Shown: positions 1 to 17,947 of the stretch, one piece after another
How positions within the stretch are numbered: the first letter of the stretch is position 1
How the letters are laid out: every line of letters starts with the position of its first letter
From: Macrostomum lignano
Lineage: Eukaryota
Direction: 5' to 3'
NCBI GenBank assembly: GCA_002269645.1
Contig: NIVC01002420.1
Coordinates: forward strand, 1-64,000
Length of the DNA stretch: 64,000 nt
Notes under the pieces: generated by a model
Seen by the model: only the letters and a program-made list of their open reading frames with translations
What the model was told of the DNA's origin: nothing
The model's database searches: none
Translations under genes and position numbers: made by a program

Positions 1-94
1 CAATATATTAGAGGCGATATGAGGCTTCCAAATCTCGTCAAAAATTTTAAACTTACTATCCTATTGCATTTCATTTTTATCAATAAGTATTTTT

Positions 95-245
95 TTCAGT
101 TTATGATAAGTTTACAGTGAAAGCAAGATTTCAGACTTACTTCTTAAAGTAGAAGCATTTGAACATTTCGCCTAAAATAATTTTTCAGTTTCGCTGCAAA
201 AGGTAGCAACAAATTTCAAAATATTTATAGACTTTTGAAAGGAAG
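95..245. repeat. Dispersed repeat, second copy at about 10735-10880
   Basis: Shared blocks gataagtttacagtgaaagcaagatttcaga, catttcgcctaaaataatttttt and gtttcgctgcaa.aggtagcaacaaatt at both places. Confidence 0.75.
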
Positions 246-450
246 ACCAATGTTCATCTTCTTTATGGGTCCTGCCCAAAGATCATATATCCACAGGATG
301 GGGCCACCGCTTGTGGCCATAGAAGCCAATGTAAAAAATTTCCATCTCGCGACAGAGCAAAAATCAGCTACTGAACTCAATTTCGTCAGTAGTCTCTACA
401 GTACATGTATAATACCATTCTAGATTCTAGATTCTAGATTGAGTAGCTTT

Positions 451-2806
451 CAGGGGTGTCGGAACCGGGAGGGGGAGCATGGGGGTGGAGCCCCCCCCAC
501 TTTTTAGCATGATCCTGCATGTGCCCTTTTGAATTTTAAACAAGTGTTGGGTGTTGGGCTTTGGCTTTTCAGAGTCTTGGAGCTAAGGGTATAAAGCTGG
601 AGCGAGAGGCACCGTTACTATCCACCCTAGAGATCAATGTAAATGTAAGAATAAAGAATGTATAGTGACCAGTGGTAGGGTAGGCACATAGCTTGTGCTC
701 CCTTCCTCAAGCGACAAGCCTTCCTTCCTTCTTTCTCTGCCCCCATCACCATCACCGGTTGGTTGTATAGGCCCCGTACCCTCAATGGGGTATGTGATCA
801 TATAGTTCATGTTGTTCTTAATCCCATTCCACTACAGTTTTTATCTAATGTGCCTAAAGCCTAGTGCTTTTAGTGTTTAGGCCCTTTTACTTTGGCGTCT
901 CTGATCGACATTCCGAGTCTGCCAGACAGTCTGACGCTGCTGCCGGATGTGCCATTGCTTGCAAAGGAGAGTTTCAGCCTAGCACCAGTCAGCGCAGCCG
1001 ACGTTGTGAGGCTCGCCAAACAGTCATCGGCGGGAAAGCGCTGGGTCCGGACGAGGTGCCCATCGAGGCGCTGCGCATCCACTGTGTGGCCAGTGAGGTC
1101 GTCAGATTGATGAATTGCGTGCTCTTCGGTGATGAGGCACCCAACGAATGGACCACGGCGCACATCGTCGCTATTCTAAAAAGCCGGGCACCACGGCTTT
1201 AGGAGCATCGAGTAGTAGCTGCCTTCAGTGCTGCGCTGCGAAGCTGTTCAAACGGATGCTCCTAATCGCGGTTTGCAGCCCGTGCTGGATCCGTACCTGC
1301 GTCCTGAGCAGAACGGCTTCCGGCCCCATCGCGGCACAGTGACGCAGATCCTGGCTCTTCACCGAGTCATCAAGGAGGCGCGACACCCCAATCGATCCTG
1401 ATTATAATCTTCAAAGATTTCAAGACGGCGTTCGACTCGGTCGTCAGTCTGTGCTTCCAAAGGTGCTCCGTGCGTACAACGTGCCAGAGCAGCTGAGTTC
1501 CGCCATCATGGTGATGTACGAGCGTACCGTGATACGAAAGCTACTGTTTCAACACCGGACGGCCTATCGGACTTCTTTGAGACATCCTCTGGAGTGCTCC
1601 AGGGAGACGACGGCTTTCTGTTGCGGCGACGCCTGGGTTAGCGGATCAGCGTGCTTGGCTACGCCGACGATCTCGCCCTGCTGTCCTCACTGTCGAGGGC
1701 GCCCAGCAACAACTGGACAAGCTAGTTGCTGTTGCGGCGAGTGTCGACCTGGAGGTCAACACGCAGAAAACCGTCGTACTCTGCGTGCCGGACGACATCG
1801 GGCTGCGATTTTGTGCCGAGGCGCTGCTGGACAGACGACGGAGCTCCGCGCTGTCAGAACCTCGTCTACCTCGTGGTCTGGTTCCCGGCGTCCGCGATGA
1901 TTAGTTCTGTGAGGGCAGTCCTGCAGTCCGAGGCCTTACCTGACCGCCAGAGGGCGGCGTTGTTCCAGGCGGTGATCGAGACTGTCCTGCTGTACAACGC
2001 CGAGACCTGAACGCTGACGGAGTCGCTCGAACAACAAAGTTGACGCAGCGCACTCTGGCCTGCTGCTCGCTGCCTTCAAGATCGGCTACGAGCGAGTGAC
2101 TAACGCGCTTTGTATCACCGCGCCGGCCTGGTCCGCCATCGTCGGCGACTCCAGCTGGCAGGTCACATCATATGCGCCGAGTCGTACTGCCCACAGCCGG
2201 TGCAGGTGCTGTTGCTGACGCTGCAGGCACCCTACCGGCGGGGCAGGCATGCACTCGGCGTTTCGTCGACTGCTGCTAGCTGACGCCGGCGCCCCGGATT
2301 CGGCCGGCGGCGTGGCGTTCGTTCGCGCCTGGCCCTGAGGCGCGCCCTGTGACGCTGAACGCGTATTTTGTTGCTGTTGTTGTCGAGTATAACCGCAATC
2401 CCAAGACTTAAGCAGACTTAAAACTTAAGCAGACTTAAGCAGACTGGTTGCAGATCTGCTAGAAGAATAAAGAGAAAGCGCCAAGAGGAACTGAAGGAGA
2501 CAACCAAGAGATCCAGCAAATGAACTGATTGGTCTTGCCCTTGCAAATTTCATTTGTTTGGGATATTTACTAAATAAATTGATAGTGCTGTGCAGTTGCG
2601 CAATGTTTAAATCAGTTGAAAATTCGAGCATTTCCAGACTTCCAGTTCCAACACAGAATTGAATATTGATTGACCTGGTTGTCACAATGTCACAAAATGA
2701 CATTGTCACAGCAGGTTTTGGGGTGCCCTTAAATTTCAAAAATGTATATGAAATCTGCCCTCCCACCAATAGCCCCCCCACTTTGAAAAATGTTCCGACA
2801 CCGCTA
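451..2806. mobile_element. MITE-like terminal inverted repeat pair enclosing the LINE fragment
   Basis: caggggtgtcggaac (451-465) versus gttccgacaccgcta (2792-2806), 13/15 inverted match; both ends carry gccccccCactt subterminal motifs; tagcttt occurs on both flanks. The ends may belong to two separate elements. Confidence 0.5.
870..2390 (+). mobile_element. Degenerate 5'-truncated non-LTR retrotransposon (RTE-like reverse transcriptase)
   Basis: RT motifs spread over shifting frames: GPDEVPIEAL, WTTAHIVAILK, QNGFRPHRGTVTQILAL, DFKTAFDSV, GVLQGD, LGYADDLALL, VLLYNAET; many frameshifts and stops; ends in a ttgttgctgttgttg simple-repeat tail. Confidence 0.9.
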
Positions 2807-2989
2807 GCTTTTTATTTAATTCATCAAAAAGTTCTATCACATTCAATCACTCAATAATAGCGTCTCTGTCCCTAAGCTACTGAACTCAAGATTTAAGCAA
2901 CCCATGTCGGATTTTTTCGCACTAAGTGACGAAAAACAGCGGTCGCGCTTTCCCAATTGCCGCAATACAAAGTGGCCTATCTACGGAAT

Positions 2990-3290
2990 AGCTATAAGAT
3001 CTATGGTCTAGCCTTTCTTATAGCACTGTTGATATTCATGAAAGTTTTCCTTTAGAAAATTAAGCTTCTATGTAAATTTTACATCCTATGCCTAGAAACT
3101 GGCACAACCCACCTGGTTGGTTTTATGAATCTAGTTTATCATTCTGTTACTAAATTTATTGTTTTCTTTGAAATTTGGAAGTCCAGATATTGAGAATTTA
3201 TAGCGCTAAAAAGATTAATTCTCACTTCCAAGATGGTAACTTGTTAACCAACAGAGCACCAATTAATAGGTTGGTAAATTGATTTTTTAT
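2990..3290. repeat. Dispersed repeat, related copy at about 11500-11900
   Basis: Shared ttggttttatgaatc and aatttggaagtccagata.tgagaatttatagcgct blocks in the same order. Confidence 0.65.
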
Positions 3291-3639
3291 CTTATATCAT
3301 TTTGACAGATTAAAGTTGATACATTAATTAGTTATTGATTGATGGAGCAGTCATCATGTCAAACAAAATAGTCACCATGTCAAACATAAAAGAAGCTTCA
3401 GGTCAAACACAATAGAAGCATCATGAGAAACATAAAAGAGCCACCATTTCAAACATAAAAGAGCCATCATGTCAAACAACTGAGCCACCATGTCAAACAT
3501 AAAAGAGCCATCATGTCAAACAACTGAGCCACTATGTCAAACATAAAAGAGACACCATCTTCAAACGTAAAATAAGCGTCATGCCAAACATAAAGGAGCC
3601 ACTATAAAGCAGAGGAAATTGTTGAACTAGCTACTTGCT

Positions 3640-4510
3640 ATCGGTGGATGCTTGCTATCTGGGGGATGCTTGCTTTCGGGGTATGCTTGCTATCTGGGAT
3701 ATGCTTGCTATCTGGGGTATGCTTGCTATTGGGGGATGCTTGCTATCGGTGGATGCTTGCTATCTGGAGGATGCTTGCTATCGGGGTATGCTTGCTGTCA
3801 GGGGGATGCTTGCTATCTGGGGGATGCTTGCTATCTGGGGTATGCTTGCTGTCTGGGGGATGCTTGCTATCGGGGGGGATGCTTGCTATCGGGGGGGATG
3901 CTTGCTATCGGGGGGGATGCTTGCTATCTGAGGGATGCTTGCTATCTGAGGGATGCTTGCTATCTGAGGGATGCTTGCTATCTGAGGGATGCTTGCTATT
4001 TGGGGGATGCTTGCTATCTGGGGTATGCTTGCTATCTGGGGTATGCTTGCTGTCAGGGGGATGCTTGCTATCTGAGGGATGCTTGCTATCTGAGGGATGC
4101 TTGCTATTTGGGGGATGCTTGCTATCTGGGGTATGCTTGCTATCTGGGGTATGCTTGCTGTCAGGGGGATGCTTGCTATCTGAGGGATGCTTGCTATCTG
4201 GGGGATGCTTGCTATCTGGGGTATGCTTGCTGTCTGGGGGATGCTTGCTATCTGGGGGGATGCTTGCTATCTGGGAGATGTTTGCTATCTGGGGGATGCT
4301 TGCTATCTGGGGTATGCTTGCTGTCTGGGGGATGCTTGCTATCTGGGGGGATGCTTGCTGTCTGGGGGATGCTTGCTATCGGGGGGATGCTTGCTATCTG
4401 GGGGATGCTTGCTGTCTGGGGGATGCTTGCTATCTAGAGGATGCTTACGGTCTGGGGGATGCTTGATATCTGGGGAAGGCTTGCGGTCTGGCGGATGCTT
4501 GCATGCTGTC
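3640..4510. repeat. 18-19 bp minisatellite (gatgcttgctatctgggg)n
   Basis: Direct tandem copies; produces the spurious ORFs at 3635-4570. A degenerate short copy lies at about 6047-6090. Confidence 0.97.
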
Positions 4511-4626
4511 TGGGGATGCTTGCTCTCTTGGTATGGTTTCTTTTTAGAGGGAATATCTGTTGTTTTTTGAAGGCTTTATTTCGCTGTCTATTTGTTACTT
4601 ATAAAGAACAAATATTCTATCCAGAT

Positions 4627-4760
4627 GTCCCCCATCGGGGGGCAAAGATAGCTAGTCCATATACTAAAAAATGGTCTGTATGTGTCTCTATCTATGTAAT
4701 CGATTAGCGAAAAAACGGCTCAACCGATTTTCATGAGACTTGCACTGTTTGATCAGAAAT
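4627..4760 (+). mobile_element. Helitron-like 3' end (GC hairpin + CTAG) abutting a Helitron-like 5' start
   Basis: gtcccccatcggggggc hairpin, then CTAG at 4652-4655, followed by tccatatactaaaaa...aaaacggctcaaccgattttcatga, a motif typical of non-autonomous Helitron families. A second hairpin + CTAG (gcgccccgaaggggggc...ctag) lies at 6294-6323. Confidence 0.5.
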
Positions 4761-5563
4761 TTTCCCGTAACGGTACATGTGTCTAAGTGAATAATGATTA
4801 GCCAAATGTGGTTAACGATTTAGCAGAATACTATTAATTTCATTTTACGATAGATTCTCCACTTTGCAGCGTTCACAAAAACTGAACGCACTGCTGGAAA
4901 ACTTTTAGTCAGCCCCGTCTGGATCGGTGTTAAATATCAGAGTTTGCAGTTGCCAAGACCAATGTTTGCATGTCGCACCAACTCTCACAAGTAAAGTAGC
5001 GGCAACATTTAGATTGCTTATTTGAGTTTTACAACCGGGTCTGAATTTTGCTCAAATAAGAATTCGCCTAACCTAGGTTTGGATATGGAACGTGATTCTA
5101 ACGGAATTTGCAAAATTTTATCTACAAATTTGTTAAAAACTGCATGGGTACCAACTCCAGTATCCAGATCAGGTTCCAGTAAGTAAATTTAGAGTGTGGA
5201 AATTGACAAACAATGGAGAATAAAAAAACTAATAATGGATATACGTTTTTCTGGAAAGTAAAATGACTTTTCTAAATTCTAGAAAGTCCTGCGAAGTTTG
5301 CATGCTTATGGCAATAGTGTGATTTTGTTTGCGAAGATTTTGCAGGAATATTTCACACGTTTTTCAAGGTAGAAAAGGCGAATTATTTCTTCTTGGTACA
5401 GCTATCGCAAGCTATAAAGCTATGAAGCTGCTTTGAGCTACCAAGAATGTCTTTTTATCTCTAATATTGTATAATCACAAAGCAGTTTTAAAGATCCTTG
5501 TCATTTAGTGCGAGTAAATCGCTTTGACAATAAAAAGTTTTTGCCACCCATCCTTTATTAGAA

Positions 5564-5886
5564 GCAAAGGGGGTTGTGTGCACCCTGGCGCATTTTAAGC
5601 GACATTGTCGGCATTACTGCCCATTCCGCCGACTCCCCTGAGCAGGCACACAAGCGCGCGGATGCGTACGAAGTCATACGCACAGGCACACACTCACACA
5701 GGAGTGTACAGCGGCCCTAACTTTATTTAAAAGTAGGAAACACTTCACTGTGCCTTGAGAAGGGGAGCAGACCCCAGCCGAGATTCCAATGTAGCCCCAC
5801 GATAATGTGACTGCACTTGAAATCGAGCCTGGGCCGCTGGCACATGAGAGTGCCGCGCCAGACCACTGGGCTATAGCAATTCCCCC
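5564..5886 (-). mobile_element. tRNA-derived SINE, copy 1
   Basis: Minus strand starts with A box TAGCCCAGTGG and B box GGCTCGATTTC; body closely similar to the copy at 17585-17947. Confidence 0.85.
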
Positions 5887-6720
5887 ATGCATGAGCCTTT
5901 TTATAGTCGACAAGGGGATTCTTTATTGCACTATAGCTGAGGCGAGGATTAATTCACTTGATGAGAGAAATGCACTACCCGAGAAAGCTATTATTGCTTT
6001 AGCAGAGGAAATAGCTGCACTAGCTACATGTACTTGCTGTGTGGTGGATGCTTGCTATCTGGGCGATGCTTGCTGTCTTGGGAATGCTATCTATTCAGGG
6101 GGAATGCCTGTTATCTTTTTGAAGGCTTTATTTTGTTGCCATGTTGTTACTTTTAGAAAAAAAGAGATTTATAGCAAATATCTTTGTCCGTGACAATTTT
6201 ACTCGAATGAGATTATTTATAAAACTGAAGAAGGACTTGATCCTTAGGAAAATGTGCTTTTTGATGGATTAATTTTTGCTCCTTGTTTATTGGGCGCCCC
6301 GAAGGGGGGCACTAGATTGCTAGTTCAGTACTGAAAAATGCCTCACTTTTATGCGATTGTTTGCACTAATAATGCATATGCTCTGGGTAGAAGAACATTA
6401 GATAATAAGCTCATAGCTCATAAGCTTTTAGCTGGAAAATGAAACCATTTATAACCAGATTTATTGTACTGACCGACTAAATAGAACGGTCTCTAAAAGC
6501 TTTAAAAAAAGTATTTATTTTAGTTTGTTCAGAGAGAAAAGAAGTTTTTTGAAATAAAAATTACATGTAAATTTTACTTTAATGAGAATTATCATCGAAA
6601 TTATACACCCCTATAAGTAGGGCAACACTAAGGCAGACTGTATTAGGACACTAAAACACGAGGAAAATACCAGACAAATATTTTAAATGGTAGCAGGTGG
6701 GCACACACTCACACTCTCAT

Positions 6721-7240
<520 letters not shown>

Positions 7241-7259
7241 TCAAGGTCAGCAGTCAAGG

Positions 7260-10037
<2,778 letters not shown>

Positions 10038-10893
10038 TTTTCACAGTCGCAATAGCTTCTGTCACAGGGCTGAGGAATAAGGTTATTTCGTCTAAAAGTT
10101 GGCCTTCTTCGGGGGGGGGGGGAGGAGCAAAGAATCTGTCAAATTTCTGCTTTTCAGTTTCTTTTCCAAAATTTCATAGATGCACATAGCCTTGTTAAAT
10201 TATTAATGATCACTGCAGACCTGCAGCTCACTGCTTATAACTGGATAAGGATTGCAATTTTTGGCCTATTGTTGGGAGACTATAAAGCAGCAGCTGGATA
10301 GCTTCATCCAACAGTTTTTCCTGCATCCTGTGTGGGTGTCTCCTTTTCCCTGTTACTGTGCGAGCGAATTAGTCCGCTTTCACGTTGCCATGACAACGCC
10401 AGCTTGAAGAATCAGAATATAATTCTTTATTCATAGAAGGAAGAAAAGACTCCAGTTAGCAAGTCTATCAACTTTCAGGCCCAGAAATGAAGTCTGTTGG
10501 CTTTGAATAGTTTATTAAGTTTGCATAAATAATCAACTTTGCCATAAGTGTAAAGGAACCACCCTAATGACAAAGCCAAGTTCGACTTTGATCAGTGAAC
10601 TCAATCGGTAATAGAGTGAGAATCAATGTCAAGTTCCTTTCTAGACAATTATATTAGAACGATATAAGTCCTTTAGATATCGTCAAATATTCGCATCCTT
10701 CTATAGTGCATATAATTTTTCATCGTCAATTCTTTTTTCAGTTTACGGTCGTAATGATAAGTTTACAGTGAAAGCAAGATTTCAGATTTTCCTACTTAAA
10801 GTAGCATTTCGCCTAAAATAATTTTTTGTTTCGCTGCAACAGGTAGCAACAAATTCACCCGTTTTCTGGACTTTTGAATTGCAATGGATAAAT

Positions 10894-11359
10894 AATCAGC
10901 GATCCCAGTGCGTGACAACGATTGTCTGGCGAGCGCCGGTAGGCGCGAGCCATAGACAATGGGAGATTATACATACGGTACTAGAGGTAAACAATAAGCA
11001 AAATCACGAGTGGCGTAGCCACGAGTGATCTTTGCTTATTGTTTAACGATAGTACCGTATGTATAGACTTATTGTCACTATCGTTTAACATACTCGACTA
11101 GAAGCATTGTTTAACGCTGAAGCGTTGTTTAACGATGTCTCAGCGAATCAGAAACGTCCTAGACTGCGCAGGTTTTGGCCACAGACATCGACAACGACAT
11201 CGACACTGCCATAGGAAGCGCTATGGAGCGATTCCAACTGTACCATAGACTATCGAGTGAATATTTTCAATCATCGTTAAACAATCAATCTTTGACTGAA
11301 GCGTTGTTAGTATGGTAAACCATAGTAACAATCGTTGTCACGCACTGCGACCGCTGATT
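10894..11359. mobile_element. Non-autonomous element with about 32-bp terminal inverted repeats and an internal hairpin
   Basis: aatcagcgatcccagtgcgtgacaacgattgt (10894-10925) versus acaatcgttgtcacgcactgcgaccgctgatt (11328-11359): 20-bp perfect core, 2 mismatches overall. Internal palindrome at about 10967-11066 centred on gagtggcgtagccacgag. No TSD seen. Confidence 0.7.
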
Positions 11360-11916
11360 CTTTGCATTGTTTTTCTGTTTGACGATCCTACAGACAATGC
11401 ATTGTTTGTAGTAATGGATTGTTCTGCATTAAAAATGTGAATAATGATCGTCAAATTGCTAAACAATGAAGAGTGTAGAGTGCTTTTTTCTAGACTAAAT
11501 CTGTCTATGGCCAAAACCCCCATTTAGCGCCGGGCATGAGAGCAATTCTTCGCAAAATTCGCTCAGTAAACACAAACCTTAAGCTGTATTCAAGGACTCC
11601 TCCAGTAGAAAGACGGAAAACTACGTTTCTTGGAAAGTTTTTGATGGCAAATTTTACCTATCGATCTATCAAAGTGCCTAAAAATCAAAAAGGAGAAACC
11701 CAACGCGTTGGTTTTATGAATCCATTTTATAATTCTGTTGCACATTTCTCGTTCTACGAGTATTAGAATTTGGAAGTCCAGATAGTGAGAATTTATAGCG
11801 CTTAAAACATGGATTGTCACTTTTTTCCTTCAACTGTACCAGCGCACCAATCTTGTAACTTGTAAAACAACGAAACATCAATGAATGGATTGGTAAATTG
11901 ATTTTCAATTCATGAA

Positions 11917-12642
11917 TCATGAGTTTCTGAGCAGAATGCAGCGATGCACCCTAAACAGGAAGCCGCTGCCCGCGAACAGCAGACCCAGCAGCCATATCAG
12001 GATGCTGATCACCAGAATGGCTGGCATAACAAACTTGGTGGATCTGCACATCACCAGACTCTGAGCATAGCAGCTCACTGGTTTGTATCGCAGTCGATTT
12101 TGCTCAGTCCGCACAATTGTCAGACACAGCTCATTGTCTGCCAACGCTTGGACCGGAGACGCGCCATCCACAAACATCGATGGGGTGAGCCGAGCTTGCC
12201 TAGCCTTCAAGCACCAGGGCCGCAATGAGTCGCTCAGCAGCAGGCTGTCCCAATAGTAGGTCAGACCGCGCATCGGCTCCAGCCGGGCACCAACCAGCAC
12301 GCCGCTGCCGTTAATCTCGAGATGCTTCAACAGCAGCTGCTCCAACAGCAGGTGATGCCGATCGCACCTGCTGGCATTGAAGTCGCAGACCAGTGCATCA
12401 GCCAGGGTGCCGGACATGATGCTGCAGACGGTGTCCCTGGCCAACGAGTAGGTGGCTCGGAATGCGCCAGTCTCATTCCCGAGCGCCAACAGGTAGCACG
12501 AGTTTGCTACCCGGTGCCAGTTGCGCTTGCAGGTGTACTCTTCTTCATCTTCTGACGCTGCATCCTCGACTGAGTAGGCCCCGCTTGGCAACAAGTTAAT
12601 GATGATCGCTAATGAACAGGTGATTGGCCAAGGTATTAGCAT
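11917..12642 (-). CDS. Intronless type I membrane protein with a divergent C-type-lectin-like domain (241 aa)
   Basis: Signal peptide; CKRNWHRVANSCY (CxxxWxxxxxxCY), ARDTVC, LVGAR (WIGL-like), LCLTI...VSC...VMC; hydrophobic TM AILVISILIWLLGLLFAGSGFLF; short tail; canonical core promoter upstream. Confidence 0.85.
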   Translation of the reverse strand: MLIPWPITCSLAIIINLLPSGAYSVEDAASEDEEEYTCKRNWHRVANSCYLLALGNETGAFRATYSLARDTVCSIMSGTLADALVCDFNASRCDRHHLLLEQLLLKHLEINGSGVLVGARLEPMRGLTYYWDSLLLSDSLRPWCLKARQARLTPSMFVDGASPVQALADNELCLTIVRTEQNRLRYKPVSCYAQSLVMCRSTKFVMPAILVISILIWLLGLLFAGSGFLFRVHRCILLRNS

Positions 12643-12661
12643 TTTTATTGTTTAGTTATTT

Positions 12662-12696
12662 AACTGAGAATTGAGCCTGCCCTACGTGTTTATATA
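12662..12696 (-). promoter_or_regulatory. TATA box + initiator of the lectin-like gene
   Basis: TATATAAA at 12696-12689 and TCAGTT at 12667-12662, 31 nt apart, 20 nt before the ATG. Confidence 0.7.
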
Positions 12697-12746
12697 CCAG
12701 TATGGAAAGTCAATTAGTCAAGCGATTCTGCGACACGTGCATTTTA

Positions 12747-13319
12747 AGCCTCACTGCTAGTTGTCTATGGTAAAAAGTGTGTCAAACCGGCAGGCAATTC
12801 AATCCTTGGAGCACTCATTTAAGCACTATCTTGCTCGACCTTTTCATTTATTTCATGCAAGCCTCCAACCAAACCAACCAGGAAGCTCCGTATGAAAAGT
12901 TACGACGTAGAACAAGGTTCAGCAAGAAAAGTTCAATTAACGAAACCCGCATATAAAGAAACACACGACAGAGAAGTTTTTGCATGTACGTTTAGACTTC
13001 AGTAAGTTACATAATCACCTTCCCAGCGATGCAGCCTGTGCGAATTCTTGCCTGCGTGCTAAGTTGGCAATGCTTCGGTTAATTTGTTATCGCCTCTGTC
13101 AATAGCGTCAATTATCAATCTATGCTTTTTGTCGCCAATCTTAGAATATTGCACAGGTGGCGCTCCGGCATCTTCGTAAGCGATTCCGTTGATGTCTTCA
13201 AAAATGGTGCTGCCTAGACAGCGCTGTCTATGGATTTCAGTGCTTAAATGAGTGTTCCAAGGATTGAATTGCCTGCCGGTTTGACACACTTTTTACCATA
13301 GACAACTAGCAGTGAGGCT
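12747..13319. mobile_element. Foldback/MITE-like element with 81-bp inverted repeats
   Basis: 12747-12827 is the reverse complement of 13239-13319 with one mismatch; the arms contain gtctatggtaaaaa. Confidence 0.8.
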
Positions 13320-13746
13320 CTCCAAGAAACGTAGGTTCCCGGCCTCATACTTGAGTAGTTGAATCGAACAGGTACGTGATGAGATCACTGATGCTTTTCA
13401 GTCACTGTCACAGTAACAGTGACGGTGTTTATTGCTTATAAGTCTTACTTTCTAGTTAGTTTGGTACACAGGTTAGTTACCATTCAGTTTATTGTGCACT
13501 GCCAGAAAAAGTCACTTTGCTTGATTTGGCAACAAGCGTCTCATAACTATTCGGAACGTACTACATCTTAAAAACTAAATATCTAGCTTACATGTTATGC
13601 TGGAATTGACAAAAATAGGTCAATTTCATGCGCTTGACGTTTTTATCCGTAAAAATATAGTCGCTGTAAAAATTGCTTCGGCAATTAGTCACTTAAAAGT
13701 AATGATTTTCACGTACATATTTTTCAGAAAAGTGTCTATTAGCAGT

Positions 13747-14465
13747 TAGTCAGTCAGTCAGTCAGTCAGTCAGTCAGTCAGTCAGTCAGTCAGTCAGTCA
13801 GTCAGTCAGTCAGTCAGTCAGTCAGTCAGTCAGTCAGTCAGTCAGTCAGTCAGTCAGTCAGTCAGTCAGTCAGTCAGTCAGTCAGTCAGTCAGTCAGTCA
13901 GTCAGTCAGTCAGTCAGTCAGTCAGTCAGTCAGTCAGTCAGTCAGTCAGTCAGTCAGTCAGTCAGTCAGTCAGTCAGTCAGTCAGTCAGTCAGTCAGTCA
14001 GTCAGTCAGTCAGTCAGTCAGTCAGTCAGTCAGTCAGTCAGTCAGTCAGTCAGTCAGTCAGTCAGTCAGTCAGTCAGTCAGTCAGTCAGTCAGTCAGTCA
14101 GTCAGTCAGTCAGTCAGTCAGTCAGTCAGTCAGTCAGTCAGTCAGTCAGTCAGTCAGTCAGTCAGTCAGTCAGTCAGTCAGTCAGTCAGTCAGTCAGTCA
14201 GTCAGTCAGTCAGTCAGTCAGTCAGTCAGTCAGTCAGTCAGTCAGTCAGTCAGTCAGTCAGTCAGTCAGTCAGTCAGTCAGTCAGTCAGTCAGTCAGTCA
14301 GTCAGTCAGTCAGTCAGTCAGTCAGTCAGTCAGTCAGTCAGTCAGTCAGTCAGTCAGTCAGTCAGTCAGTCAGTCAGTCAGTCAGTCAGTCAGTCAGTCA
14401 GTCAGTCAGTCAGTCAGTCAGTCAGTCAGTCAGTCAGTCAGTCAGTCAGTCAGTCAGTCAGTCAG

Positions 14466-14478
<13 letters not shown>
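13747..14478. repeat. (CAGT)n microsatellite, about 730 bp
   Basis: Perfect tetranucleotide run abutting the end of the Arg-rich CDS. Confidence 0.99.
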
Positions 14479-16771
<2,293 letters not shown>

Positions 16772-17111
16772 AGCTTATCAGAGTCTTTAATCTCGTTGAA
16801 ATCAACAGTTAGGGAATGGGATAAGTTCTGCGAAGGCAACTGCGCGATCAACTTTATAGAATTGTCTGTCGAGCAAGCCGCACACAGAGGGTTAACTGTG
16901 TAGCCAGTCTACTGGGTTTGAAATTTCCAATCAATAATTGATTTTATCAATACAGTGCGCATTCTAAAACTTTATAGTCTCACACAATTAATCAATAGAC
17001 AATGAGCTTTGCTAAAGTAGCTTAAGCCACAGCAGTGCGAGTTTATGCTGTCCTTGAGCGTTTGCCCTGAGCTTTCCTGAGCCCTTGAGTCGAAAAGACG
17101 CTTCTTCCATG

Positions 17112-17390
<279 letters not shown>

Positions 17391-17584
17391 CTGATAGAAC
17401 TGCGTTAAAACAGATTATGCGTTTATAATGTTAATGTTTTTTTAATGTTACTTATGACTTCGACAAGTAGTTCCTAGAAACTACTTTCAGTAGTTAAACT
17501 CAAAAACTTGCAAAATAAACATACAACTTCTCTTGGCAAAGAGCCAAAGCATGGCCGATGCCCGCCTCCCTAACTGATTAGCAT

Positions 17585-17947
17585 TTTTTTTTAATTAGAG
17601 GCAGGGGGGTTGTGTGCACCCTGGCGCAATTTAAGCGTCATTGGCACACAACCGGCGAGAGGCATTACTGCCCATTCTGCCGACTCCCCTGAGCAGGCAT
17701 ACAAGCGCGCGGATACGTTACGCAGGCACACACTTACACAGGAGTGTACAGCGGCCCTAACTTTATCAATTGTTAGGCATGTACACTTCACTGCGCCTTG
17801 GGGGGTTGGCTCTCAAGGCCGTTAATTGCACAAGCGAGCCAAGCCAAGATTCCAATCCAGCCCCAAATCAATGTGGCTGCACTTGGAATCGAGCCTGGGT
17901 CGCGGCACACCAGAGCAGCTGCGCTACCGCTGGGCTACGGCCCCCCA
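17585..17947 (-). mobile_element. tRNA-derived SINE, copy 2, full length with poly(A) tail and TSD
   Basis: Head GGGGGGCCGTAGCCCAGCGGTAGCGC...GGCTCGATTCC (A and B boxes); A-tail seen as a T-run at 17584-17592; 14-bp target site duplication taactgattagcat at 17571-17584 and 17948-17961. Confidence 0.92.

Noticed and set aside
17880-17947. Possible tRNA gene
   Set aside because: A and B boxes are present but no complete cloverleaf acceptor stem; it continues into a SINE body with A-tail and TSD.
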